Of a stretch of 64,000 nucleotides of DNA, positions 19,208-26,846 are shown piece by piece. Numbering within the stretch: position 1 is the first letter of the stretch; each line of letters starts with the position of its first letter. The stretch is taken from positions 7,357 to 71,356 of the forward strand of contig JAFTNJ010000002.1 in assembly GCA_017451915.1 (NCBI GenBank), given 5' to 3'. The stretch comes from Clostridia bacterium (GTDB lineage Bacteria; Bacillota; Clostridia; Oscillospirales; CAG-272). A model generated the notes under the pieces. The model was not told where the DNA came from, did no database searches, and worked only from the letters and a program-made list of their open reading frames with translations. The position numbers and the translations under genes were made by a program.

Positions 19208-19233
19208 GGGCTGACCGTGTGTACGGTCAGCCC
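19208..19233. terminator. bidirectional terminator between convergent genes
   Basis: GGGCTGACCG / CGGTCAGCCC stem with loop TGTGTA. An A-run lies upstream and TTTC downstream. Confidence 0.7.
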
Positions 19234-19254
19234 TTTCAAATATAAATTCAAAAG

Positions 19255-19806
19255 TTACGGGCGCATGATTTTAACAAAACGGAACATCTCGTCGGGGCCT
19301 TCGTCATCGCAGGGCTCCTCCTCAGGGGGCGAGTTGGGGTCCGCATGGAGGGCGTGAAAGAATTCGACGATGTGAAATCCGCACTTGTTGACGTAGAAAT
19401 GAATATTTCGCTTTTCAAAATAGGGAGTGCAGGTCTCCCAGATTCGGGTCTCGGGGTGGAGTGCCTCCACCGCCTGCCACGCGGCAAAGCCGATCCCCTT
19501 GCCGTGGGCCTCGGGAGCGACGAAAAGGATCTCCAGATGGTTGTGATGCGTTTCCTTGTTGATCGCAAGAATCACTCCGCCCACCGCCTTGTCCTCCAAT
19601 AGAATACGGTAGGTTTCGTTCTTTGGATCGTCCATGCAGTGCTCGATGGTCTCGCGGGAGATGATCTCGCCTTCTTCGTCGGTGTGATCATCGCGCCGGC
19701 CAAATTCCATCATGGCGCCGTATTGAAAGGCCCATTGGTTGTCCAAAATGAATTGCTCGCGGTCATCCTCCCGCAGGGGGGATAGGGTGATGGTTGCGTT
19801 TTTCAT
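19255..19806 (-). CDS. GNAT-family N-acetyltransferase
   Basis: ORF trimmed to the ATG after CAGGAGG (MKNATITLSPL...). Acetyl-CoA motif region VAPEAHGKGIGFAAW. Confidence 0.75.
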   Translation of the reverse strand: MKNATITLSPLREDDREQFILDNQWAFQYGAMMEFGRRDDHTDEEGEIISRETIEHCMDDPKNETYRILLEDKAVGGVILAINKETHHNHLEILFVAPEAHGKGIGFAAWQAVEALHPETRIWETCTPYFEKRNIHFYVNKCGFHIVEFFHALHADPNSPPEEEPCDDEGPDEMFRFVKIMRP

Positions 19807-20019
19807 AATAACCTCCTGAAAATAAAAAATACCCGGCAACGCACAAGGCGAATACCGAGCTCACTCGACATCTTCTCCAACAGGCGGCCGCGATACGATC
19901 GCTCCCCTACACTACGGTGTACTGTCCTCCGATGACTTCTGCCTCATTATACCACGGGATTGGGAAAAATGCAAGAGCAGGAGCCAAGAAAGGTTACAGG
20001 ATCAAAAAAAATTGCAAAA

Positions 20020-20083
20020 ACTTGTTGACAAGTAAACAAGTTTGTGGTATACTGTTATGGTACTTGTTGAAATTTCAACAAGT
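20020..20083 (+). promoter_or_regulatory. promoter with two palindromic operators sharing an ACTTGTTGA half-site
   Basis: TTGACA 20025-30, 17 nt, TATACT 20048-53. Palindrome ACTTGT-TG-ACAAGT (20020-33) lies over the -35. A perfect 22-bp palindrome ACTTGTTGAAATTTCAACAAGT (20062-83) lies after the -10. Confidence 0.65.
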
Positions 20084-20098
20084 CGAAAGGAGTCGAAT

Positions 20099-20578
20099 AT
20101 GAAGGCACGCTTTGAAACCTTTACCGTGCTGATTGCAAAAATCAGCAGGAATATCCGAAAGATCAAGAACCGGGAAATGGCGGAATACGGGCTCCGCAGT
20201 GCCCACGTTTCCTGCCTGTACTATCTTTATTTGTCCGAGTCTCTCACGGCTACCGATCTCTGCGAGCGTTGTGAGGAGGACAAGGCAACCATCTCCCGCG
20301 CCTTGGATTTTTTAGAGGAGAAGGACTTTATTCTTTGCCAATCCAAGCACGCCAAGCGCTATAACAGCCCGCTCTCTCTGACCGAGAAGGGAAGAACGGT
20401 TGGAAAGCAGATCGTTGATAAGATCAACTGCGTTCTGGACGAGATCTGCAACGACCTGACCGAGGAGCAGCGGCTTGCCTTTTATCACAGCCTGGCCGTG
20501 ATCAGCCATAGCCTGGAGCTTTGCGTGAATGGAATCAGTAAAGCCAAAACAATGAAAAAGACGGATAGCGTCGGATAA
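20099..20578 (+). CDS. MarR-family transcriptional regulator
   Basis: ORF trimmed to ATG 20099 after AGGAG. Winged-helix region LTATDLCERCEEDKATISRALDFLEEKDFI. Confidence 0.8.
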   Translation: MKARFETFTVLIAKISRNIRKIKNREMAEYGLRSAHVSCLYYLYLSESLTATDLCERCEEDKATISRALDFLEEKDFILCQSKHAKRYNSPLSLTEKGRTVGKQIVDKINCVLDEICNDLTEEQRLAFYHSLAVISHSLELCVNGISKAKTMKKTDSVG

Positions 20579-20592
20579 GGAAAGGGAACCCT

Positions 20593-21807
20593 ATGTTTAT
20601 ACTCAAAAAAATCGGATGTCGCATTTTCCAGCTGGCATTCCGTGCCGCGTTGCCGATCCTGCCCTATCGGGAGCCTAAGATTCTGGATTCCTGCGAGGCA
20701 CTTGGCGACGTATGCAAAAGCGAAACGCTTTCGTCGGTGCTTCTGGTCACCGATGCGGGCATTGTGAAGAACGGCTTGACGGCCTTTCCCGAGGCGGTGC
20801 TGAAGAAGCATGGAATTACTTACGCGATCTACGACGGGACCCAACCCAATCCCACGGTCAACAACGTGGAGGAGGCTCTGACGCTGTACCGCAGGCATGG
20901 GTGCCGGGGGCTGATCGCCATTGGCGGGGGCTCGGCCATGGATTGCGCCAAGGCGGTGGGTGCTCGGGTGGCGTATCCCAAAAAGGCGGTTGGCAGCATG
21001 GGGGGAGTTCTGCGGGTGCTTCGCAGGATCCCTACCCTCATTGCCATTCCCACCACGGCGGGAACCGGAAGCGAGACCACCCTGGCGGCGGTGATCACCG
21101 ATCCTGCCACCCATCACAAATACGCAATGATGAGCTTCCCCTTGATCCCCCATTACGCGGTGTTGGATGCCTCCCTTACCTACACTCTTCCACCCCATAT
21201 GACCGCTACCACGGGGATGGACGCCCTGACCCATGCGGTGGAGGCCTACATCGGTCGCTCCACCACTCGAGAAACGCGACGACTTGCCCTGGAGGCCACG
21301 GCACGGGTGTTTCAATACCTCAAGCGGGCGTATGCCAACGGGAGGGATCACGAGGCGCGGGAGCAAATGCTCCACGCCGCTTATCAAGCGGGCGTTGCCT
21401 TTTCCAAGTCCTACGTGGGCTACGTTCATGCCATTGCCCATTCCCTGGGGGGACGCTACGGCACACCTCACGGCCTGGCCAATGCGGTGATCCTGCCCTA
21501 CGTTCTGCAAAGCTACGGCAAGAGCGTGCACAAAAAGCTACACCGTTTGGGCATGGCTGCCGGTGTTTGCACCGCGGCGGATGGCTTTGAGGAGGGGGCA
21601 AGAAAATTCATTGCCGCCATTCGAGAGATGAATGCGGACCTGGGAATTCCCGACGTTCTCACCGGAATCGGGAAGGAAGACATTCCCGCCATGGCACGGC
21701 ACGCCGAGAAGGAGGCCAATCCCCTCTATCCCGTGCCCAAGCTGATGACGCAGGCCGAGCTGGAGTCCTTATATTATCAAATTGCAGATTGGAGAAAAAC
21801 GAAATGA
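20593..21807 (+). CDS. iron-containing (group III) alcohol dehydrogenase
   Basis: Motifs GGGSAMDCAK, TTAGTGSE and histidine-rich metal-site regions (HAVEAY, HAIAHSLGG). Confidence 0.85.
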   Translation: MFILKKIGCRIFQLAFRAALPILPYREPKILDSCEALGDVCKSETLSSVLLVTDAGIVKNGLTAFPEAVLKKHGITYAIYDGTQPNPTVNNVEEALTLYRRHGCRGLIAIGGGSAMDCAKAVGARVAYPKKAVGSMGGVLRVLRRIPTLIAIPTTAGTGSETTLAAVITDPATHHKYAMMSFPLIPHYAVLDASLTYTLPPHMTATTGMDALTHAVEAYIGRSTTRETRRLALEATARVFQYLKRAYANGRDHEAREQMLHAAYQAGVAFSKSYVGYVHAIAHSLGGRYGTPHGLANAVILPYVLQSYGKSVHKKLHRLGMAAGVCTAADGFEEGARKFIAAIREMNADLGIPDVLTGIGKEDIPAMARHAEKEANPLYPVPKLMTQAELESLYYQIADWRKTK

Positions 21808-23186
21808 CGAATCAGGAAATACAGAGTCTGCTGGAAGAGCAGAGGGCCTTTTACCGAAGCGGCGCAACGATTCCCGTCAAATTCCGCGTGGAGCAGCTGA
21901 AAAAGCTCTATGCCGCGGTTAAGAAATACCAAAACGAGATCAACGACGCCCTGACCGCCGATCTTGGAAAAAGCCACTATGAGGGCTTTATGTGCGAATC
22001 GGGACTGGTGCTGACCGAGATCAGCTACATGATCAAGCATACCAAGCGATTTGCCAGACGTAAGACGGTGCCCACCCCTTTGGCGCAGTTTCCTTCGCAC
22101 AGCTACAAGCAGCCCGTGCCCTACGGCAACGTGCTGATCATGAGCCCCTGGAACTATCCCTTCCTTTTAACGCTGGATCCTCTGGCCGACGCCATCGCGG
22201 CAGGAAACACGGCCATCGTCAAGCCCAGCGCGTATTCCCCCGCCACCTCACGGATCGTAGAAAAGATCCTGCGGGAGTGCTTTGCTCCCGACTACGTTGC
22301 CGTGGTGACCGGCGGCAGAGCCGAAAACACCGCTCTGCTGGATCAAAAATTTGATTTCGTCTTCTTCACGGGGAGTCAGGCCGTGGGCAGGGAGGTGCTT
22401 CGCCGCACCGCCGAGCATCTCACGCCCGCCGTCCTGGAGTTGGGAGGCAAAAGTCCCTGCATCGTGGACGCAAGTGCAAATATAGGACTTGCGGCCAAGC
22501 GCATCGTCTTTGGAAAATATCTCAACTGCGGGCAGACCTGCGTGGCTCCCGACTACGTGCTTTGTGAGCGCTCGGTCAAGGACGCCTTTGTCAAGGCCGT
22601 GACCGCCGAGATCCAAAAGCAGTACGGTGCCGACCCGCTGAAGAACAAGGACTACGGTAAGATCATCAACGAAAAGCATTTTGCCCGTCTGTGCGGGTTG
22701 ATCGATGAAAAGAAGGTGGTGGTTGGGGGAAAGACCAACGCGGCTACCTGTCAAATCGCCCCCACGGTGATGGACAACGTCACCTACGAGGATGCCGTTA
22801 TGGGAGAGGAGATCTTTGGTCCCATTCTGCCCATTCTTACCTTCGAGAGCTTCGATGGTGTGGTGGACGGTTTAAAGACGCAGGAGAAGCCCCTGGCCCT
22901 CTATCTGTTTACAAGCAATCCAAAGCATATCAAGCGTGTTACCACCGAGCTGTCCTACGGCGGCGGTTGCATCAACGACGTGGTGATCCACCTTGCCACC
23001 AGTGCCATGGGCTTTGGCGGCGTGGGAGAGAGCGGTATGGGAAGCTATCACGGCAAGGACGGCTTTGACGCTTTTTCTCATTTCAAATCCATTGTGGATA
23101 AAAAGACCTGGCTGGATCTTCCCATGCGCTACCAGCCCTACCGAAGCAAGCTCTACGAAACCCTTTTGCATATATTCCTGAGGTGA
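21804..23186 (+). CDS. class-3 type NAD(P)+ aldehyde dehydrogenase
   Basis: The start ATG 21804 overlaps the ADH stop (ATGA). Motifs ELGGKSPCIVD, catalytic C in GQTCVAPDYVL, and EEIFGPILPI. Confidence 0.85.
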   Translation: MTNQEIQSLLEEQRAFYRSGATIPVKFRVEQLKKLYAAVKKYQNEINDALTADLGKSHYEGFMCESGLVLTEISYMIKHTKRFARRKTVPTPLAQFPSHSYKQPVPYGNVLIMSPWNYPFLLTLDPLADAIAAGNTAIVKPSAYSPATSRIVEKILRECFAPDYVAVVTGGRAENTALLDQKFDFVFFTGSQAVGREVLRRTAEHLTPAVLELGGKSPCIVDASANIGLAAKRIVFGKYLNCGQTCVAPDYVLCERSVKDAFVKAVTAEIQKQYGADPLKNKDYGKIINEKHFARLCGLIDEKKVVVGGKTNAATCQIAPTVMDNVTYEDAVMGEEIFGPILPILTFESFDGVVDGLKTQEKPLALYLFTSNPKHIKRVTTELSYGGGCINDVVIHLATSAMGFGGVGESGMGSYHGKDGFDAFSHFKSIVDKKTWLDLPMRYQPYRSKLYETLLHIFLR

Positions 23187-23189
23187 TCC

Positions 23190-23879
23190 ATGAAGAAATC
23201 GAAAAACATTTTATTGGCGATCAATCTTGTATGCATCGCAACCATTTTTGCACTGAATTACGTTTATCAGAGCCACGGCTTTGATTTTACCCTCAAATGC
23301 CTGTGCAGCGGTCTGTTCGCCCTGCTGGGGTTGATCAATCTGGGCGTTGCCCTGCGGGGAGGGGAACGGTTGCCCTTTTTCCTTGGCATGGCGGCAGGCT
23401 TGGTTTTTGCCTTCCTTGGGGATGTCCTCATTGGATACGATTTTATCGTTGGCGCCGGGACCTTTGCCCTGGGACATATCTGCTTTGTGGTGGCCTATTG
23501 CTTTTTGCAGAGGATGCAGCGATTGGACGTCCTGCTCAGCGGAATCCTGTTCCTTGGAGCAACGGCGTTCCTGCTCTTTTGTCCCCTGCTCACCTTTGAG
23601 GTGGAGATCTTCAAGGTGGTCTGCGTGGTCTACGCGTTGATCATTTCCACCATGCTTGGCAAGGCTGTGGGAAATGCCCTGCGGGAAAGAACCGCCGTTA
23701 CGGTAACGGTAGCCGTGGCGAGTGCGCTGTTCTTCTTCTCCGATCTGATGCTGGTGTTTGACTGGTTCATCGGACGCTGGAGCTGGACCGACCACGCCTG
23801 CATGGGCACCTACTATCCCGCGCTCTGCCTTCTGGCACTTTCCATGTGCCTTCAAATTCGATTTCCGAGAAAGGAGTAA
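23190..23879 (+). CDS. YhhN-family membrane protein (lysoplasmalogenase family)
   Basis: Eight hydrophobic helices with YhhN signatures AFLGDVLI, FALGHICFVVAY and LFFFSDLMLVF. Lies 3 nt after the ALDH stop. Confidence 0.7.
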   Translation: MKKSKNILLAINLVCIATIFALNYVYQSHGFDFTLKCLCSGLFALLGLINLGVALRGGERLPFFLGMAAGLVFAFLGDVLIGYDFIVGAGTFALGHICFVVAYCFLQRMQRLDVLLSGILFLGATAFLLFCPLLTFEVEIFKVVCVVYALIISTMLGKAVGNALRERTAVTVTVAVASALFFFSDLMLVFDWFIGRWSWTDHACMGTYYPALCLLALSMCLQIRFPRKE

Positions 23880-23885
23880 AGATCT

Positions 23886-24725
23886 GTGAAAACCCAAATC
23901 ATTGTAGACTCCACGGCGGATCTGATGCCCGAAATCAAAGGCCGTGTTCGAGTGGTTCCTCTGACCCTCCGTTTTGGAGAGGAGGAATATATCGACGGTG
24001 TTACCATCGATAACAAAACCTTTTATGAAAAGCTCATCGAAAGCGATGTTCTGCCCACCACCAGCCAAGGCACCCCGTATGCCTTTTCCAAGGAGCTGGA
24101 GCAGGTAACGGCGGCCGGTGATAGCGCGGTGGTGATCACCATTTCCTCCAAGCTTTCCGGCACCTACCAAAGCGCAACCATCGCGGCTGCGGAGTATGAC
24201 AACGTTTACGTTGTGGATAGCGGAAGCGCGGCCATGGGAAGTGGGATCCTGGTAGAATTGGCGGTTGAGCTGATGGACGAGGGCCTGGATGCCAAGAGCA
24301 TTGCCGAGCGGCTGGAGGAGGAAAAGAAAAAGATCGTTATTGTGGCTCTGGTGGACACGCTGGAGTATCTCAAGCGCGGCGGTCGGATCTCCAAAACCGT
24401 GGCCTTTGCGGGAACCGTGCTGAACATCAAGCCGGTCATTTCGGTGATCGAGGGAGAGATCCGTATGCTTGGAAAAGCGCGGGGCTCCAAGATGGGGAAC
24501 AATCTGCTGGTGCAGGAGATCGAAAAGGCTGGCGGTGTGGATTTTTCCAAGCCGGTTTTGCTGGGCTACGCAGGACTCTCCGATGCCCTGCTGGTGAAGT
24601 ACATTGAGGACAGTCGGTTCCTCTGGGAGAGGGGGCTGCCGTCGGTTCGCTACACCACCATCGGTAGCGTGATCGGTACCCACGTGGGCCCCGGTGCCAT
24701 CGCCGTGGCATTCTTTAAGAACTGA
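23886..24725 (+). CDS. DegV-family fatty-acid-binding protein
   Basis: GTG start 6 nt after the YhhN stop. Typical DegV N-terminus (IIVDSTADL) and motifs TSQGTP and KLSGTYQSA. Confidence 0.85.
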   Translation: MKTQIIVDSTADLMPEIKGRVRVVPLTLRFGEEEYIDGVTIDNKTFYEKLIESDVLPTTSQGTPYAFSKELEQVTAAGDSAVVITISSKLSGTYQSATIAAAEYDNVYVVDSGSAAMGSGILVELAVELMDEGLDAKSIAERLEEEKKKIVIVALVDTLEYLKRGGRISKTVAFAGTVLNIKPVISVIEGEIRMLGKARGSKMGNNLLVQEIEKAGGVDFSKPVLLGYAGLSDALLVKYIEDSRFLWERGLPSVRYTTIGSVIGTHVGPGAIAVAFFKN

Positions 24726-24747
24726 TCTTCTGCGGTACAATAAACAT

Positions 24748-24794
24748 AGGAGCGTCCTGCGCACGGTTGCAAAGAGGTCGCTCCTTTATTTTTG
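24748..24794 (+). terminator. probable intrinsic terminator
   Basis: AGGAGCG...CGCTCCT stem followed by TTATTTTTG. Confidence 0.5.
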
Positions 24795-24825
24795 CGTATG
24801 GAAGCGTTTTTATTGCGGCATTCTA

Positions 24826-24879
24826 TTGACATGGCACGGTGGATATGTTATAATAAATTGAACTCAATTGAATTGAGTT
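24826..24879 (+). promoter_or_regulatory. gpx promoter with a 9-1-9 palindromic operator
   Basis: TTGACA 24826-31, 17 nt, TATAAT 24849-54. The perfect palindrome AACTCAATT-G-AATTGAGTT (24861-79) lies between the -10 and the RBS. Confidence 0.65.
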
Positions 24880-24900
24880 ATTATATTATGGAGGTGCGAT

Positions 24901-25440
24901 ATGAACGCATACGATTTCAAGGTGACGCAAAGGGACGGCAGTGAACTATCTCTGGAGACGTACAAGGGCAAGGTATTGCTTGTGGTCAATACCGCCACGG
25001 GATGTGGGTTTACGCCCCAATATCAGGAATTACAGCAGCTCTACGAGGAATTCTCCGCACAGGGCTTTGAGATTCTGGATTTTCCCTGCAATCAGTTTGG
25101 AGCGCAGGCACCGGGGGACAATGAGGAGATCCATTCCTTTTGTACCGGCCGCTTTGGAATCACCTTCCCGCAATTCGCAAAAATCGACGTCAACGGTGAG
25201 AATGCCGCTCCCCTGTATCAATGGCTGACGCAAAATACCGAGTTTGGCGGTTTTGGCAGGTCTCCTATGGCACTGATGTTGGCGGGAGTGGTCAAAAAGA
25301 CCGATAAGGATTATAAGAGCAACGGTAAGATCAAATGGAATTTTACCAAGTTTCTTATTGATCGCAAGGGCGAGATCGTTGCGCGCTTGGAACCGACGGA
25401 AATGAAAAAGCTGCGGGACGCGATCCAAGCCTGTCTGTAA
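24901..25440 (+). CDS. gpx: glutathione peroxidase (Cys-type)
   Basis: Motifs VNTATGCGFTPQY, FPCNQFGAQ and WNFTKFLI. Confidence 0.9.
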   Translation: MNAYDFKVTQRDGSELSLETYKGKVLLVVNTATGCGFTPQYQELQQLYEEFSAQGFEILDFPCNQFGAQAPGDNEEIHSFCTGRFGITFPQFAKIDVNGENAAPLYQWLTQNTEFGGFGRSPMALMLAGVVKKTDKDYKSNGKIKWNFTKFLIDRKGEIVARLEPTEMKKLRDAIQACL

Positions 25441-25518
25441 GGAAATTCCGCGAGGGGACTTGATCATTTTGCCAAACCGTGTTATAATATAAAAAGAGTC
25501 CCACATCGGAGGTGTTTT

Positions 25519-25956
25519 ATGAGTCGATCCCAATACGATGCCTTAAAGCTGGAAAATCAGCTCTGCTTTCCTCTGTACGCCGCCGCCCGCGAGGTGGTAA
25601 AGCAATACCGTCCCTATCTGGACGCCTTGGATCTCACCTATACCCAATATATCACGCTGATGGTTTTGTGGGAGCAGAAGGAGCTGACTGTCAAGGCCCT
25701 GGGAGAGCGGTTGTTCCTCGATTCGGGAACCATGACGCCCGTGCTCAAAAGTCTGGAGGCAAAGGGGTACGTGACTCGCAAACGGAGCGAGGCCGACGAG
25801 AGGTCGGTCCGCGTTCTTCTTACGGAACGCGGCAAGGCGTTGCAAGAGTCTGCCGTGGAGATCCCCCCCAAGGTGGCGGACTGTGTTGGATTGGAGCCCG
25901 GGGAGGCACTTCTTCTTTACGAGCTCCTTTATAAGATCTTAAACCGAACCCAATAA
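25519..25956 (+). CDS. OhrR-like MarR-family peroxide-sensing regulator
   Basis: N-terminal LENQLCFPLYAAAR carries the conserved sensing Cys position. The wHTH region is LTYTQYITLMVLWE...TVKALGERLFLDSGTMTPVLKSLE. Confidence 0.75.
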   Translation: MSRSQYDALKLENQLCFPLYAAAREVVKQYRPYLDALDLTYTQYITLMVLWEQKELTVKALGERLFLDSGTMTPVLKSLEAKGYVTRKRSEADERSVRVLLTERGKALQESAVEIPPKVADCVGLEPGEALLLYELLYKILNRTQ

Positions 25957-25965
25957 ACGCTTTGA

Positions 25966-25991
25966 GGGCTGACCGAAAAAACGGTCAGCCC
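25966..25991 (+). terminator. hairpin terminator with a weak U-tract
   Basis: GGGCTGACCG / CGGTCAGCCC stem with loop AAAAAA. Confidence 0.5.
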
Positions 25992-26140
25992 GATTGCAAT
26001 TCTCCAAAAAGTATGCTATAATAAATCAGAAATTGAGTATCCCTTTCCTCTACCGATGGTTTACTTCTCCTCACTAAACCACCGGTGGGTGGATTTTTTG
26101 CGCGACGGGAGCTATACTGGATGCGAAAGGAGGAAGACGC

Positions 26141-26749
26141 ATGGATCAGTTGAAAATCGGAAAATTTATTGCCGAGTACAGAAAAAAAGCAAAACTAACA
26201 CAAATGCAGTTGGCCGAAAAGCTGGGGATCACCGACAAAGCGGTTTCGAAATGGGAACGGGGCATGGCAATGCCCGATTCTTCCATTATGCTGGAGTTGT
26301 GTGATATTCTGGGGATCAGCGTCAACGAATTATTGAGTGGGGAGAAAATCAGTATGGAAAACAGCAATCAGAAAAATGAACAGCTTTTGCTTGACATGGC
26401 AAAGGAATTGGAACGCAAAAACAAAACGATCTGGACCTCTATGTGGGCCATCATGATCGTAAGCATGACCGCCCTCTTTGCGGGGCTTCTCGTTGCGCGC
26501 TTTTTGATCCCCGAAGGGATCTGGCAGCTTGTTGTCATTCTTGGGATCTGCGTTTTGTTTTTGATCCCTTGCTTTTATGCATTAAAGCTGGAGATCAGTG
26601 TGGGTGCGTACAAGTGCAAGCATTGCGGTCACGAGATCGTGCCCACGTATTCCGAGGCTCTTTGGGCAATGCACCGCGGAACCACGCGGTATTTAAAGTG
26701 CCCGAATTGCGGAAAACGCACCTGGTGCAAGAAGGTATTGAAGAAATAA
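26141..26749 (+). CDS. XRE-family HTH protein with two TM helices and a C-terminal CxxC...CxxC zinc ribbon
   Basis: HTH LTQMQLAEKLGITDKAVSKWERG, then hydrophobic helices, then CKHCGHEI...CPNCGKRTWC. Confidence 0.75.
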   Translation: MDQLKIGKFIAEYRKKAKLTQMQLAEKLGITDKAVSKWERGMAMPDSSIMLELCDILGISVNELLSGEKISMENSNQKNEQLLLDMAKELERKNKTIWTSMWAIMIVSMTALFAGLLVARFLIPEGIWQLVVILGICVLFLIPCFYALKLEISVGAYKCKHCGHEIVPTYSEALWAMHRGTTRYLKCPNCGKRTWCKKVLKK

Positions 26750-26779
26750 GCCCTCCGCCGCGGCGGAAGGCCGAACACA

Positions 26780-26829
26780 AAAAGACAGCCGAAAGCAGGT
26801 CGTAACAGACCTGCTTTCGGCTGTCTTTT
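26780..26829. terminator. bidirectional terminator between convergent genes
   Basis: Perfect 22-bp stem AAAAGACAGCCGAAAGCAGGTC / GACCTGCTTTCGGCTGTCTTTT with loop GTAACA. Confidence 0.85.
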
Positions 26830-26846
26830 AGGAAGGGAAGCAATCG

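Noticed and set aside
19807-19951. Riboswitch or attenuator in the 133-nt leader of the GNAT gene (minus-strand promoter: -35 at plus 19969-74, -10 at plus 19946-51).
   Set aside because: Most of the structure is explained by a degenerate copy of the GTAGGGGCG-type hairpin element. The hairpin before the U-run is weak (5+3 bp with an internal loop). No known riboswitch core was recognised.
23211-24764. 517-aa minus-strand ORF spanning the YhhN and DegV genes. Similar long antisense ORFs are 26883..28274 +, 48935..50449 +, 45905..47152 -, 47164..48390 -, 40073..41503 -, 38996..39955 - and 31766..33067 -.
   Set aside because: Each lies opposite a gene with unmistakable family motifs, and each lacks an RBS and any motif of its own. 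These are GC-rich antisense artefacts.
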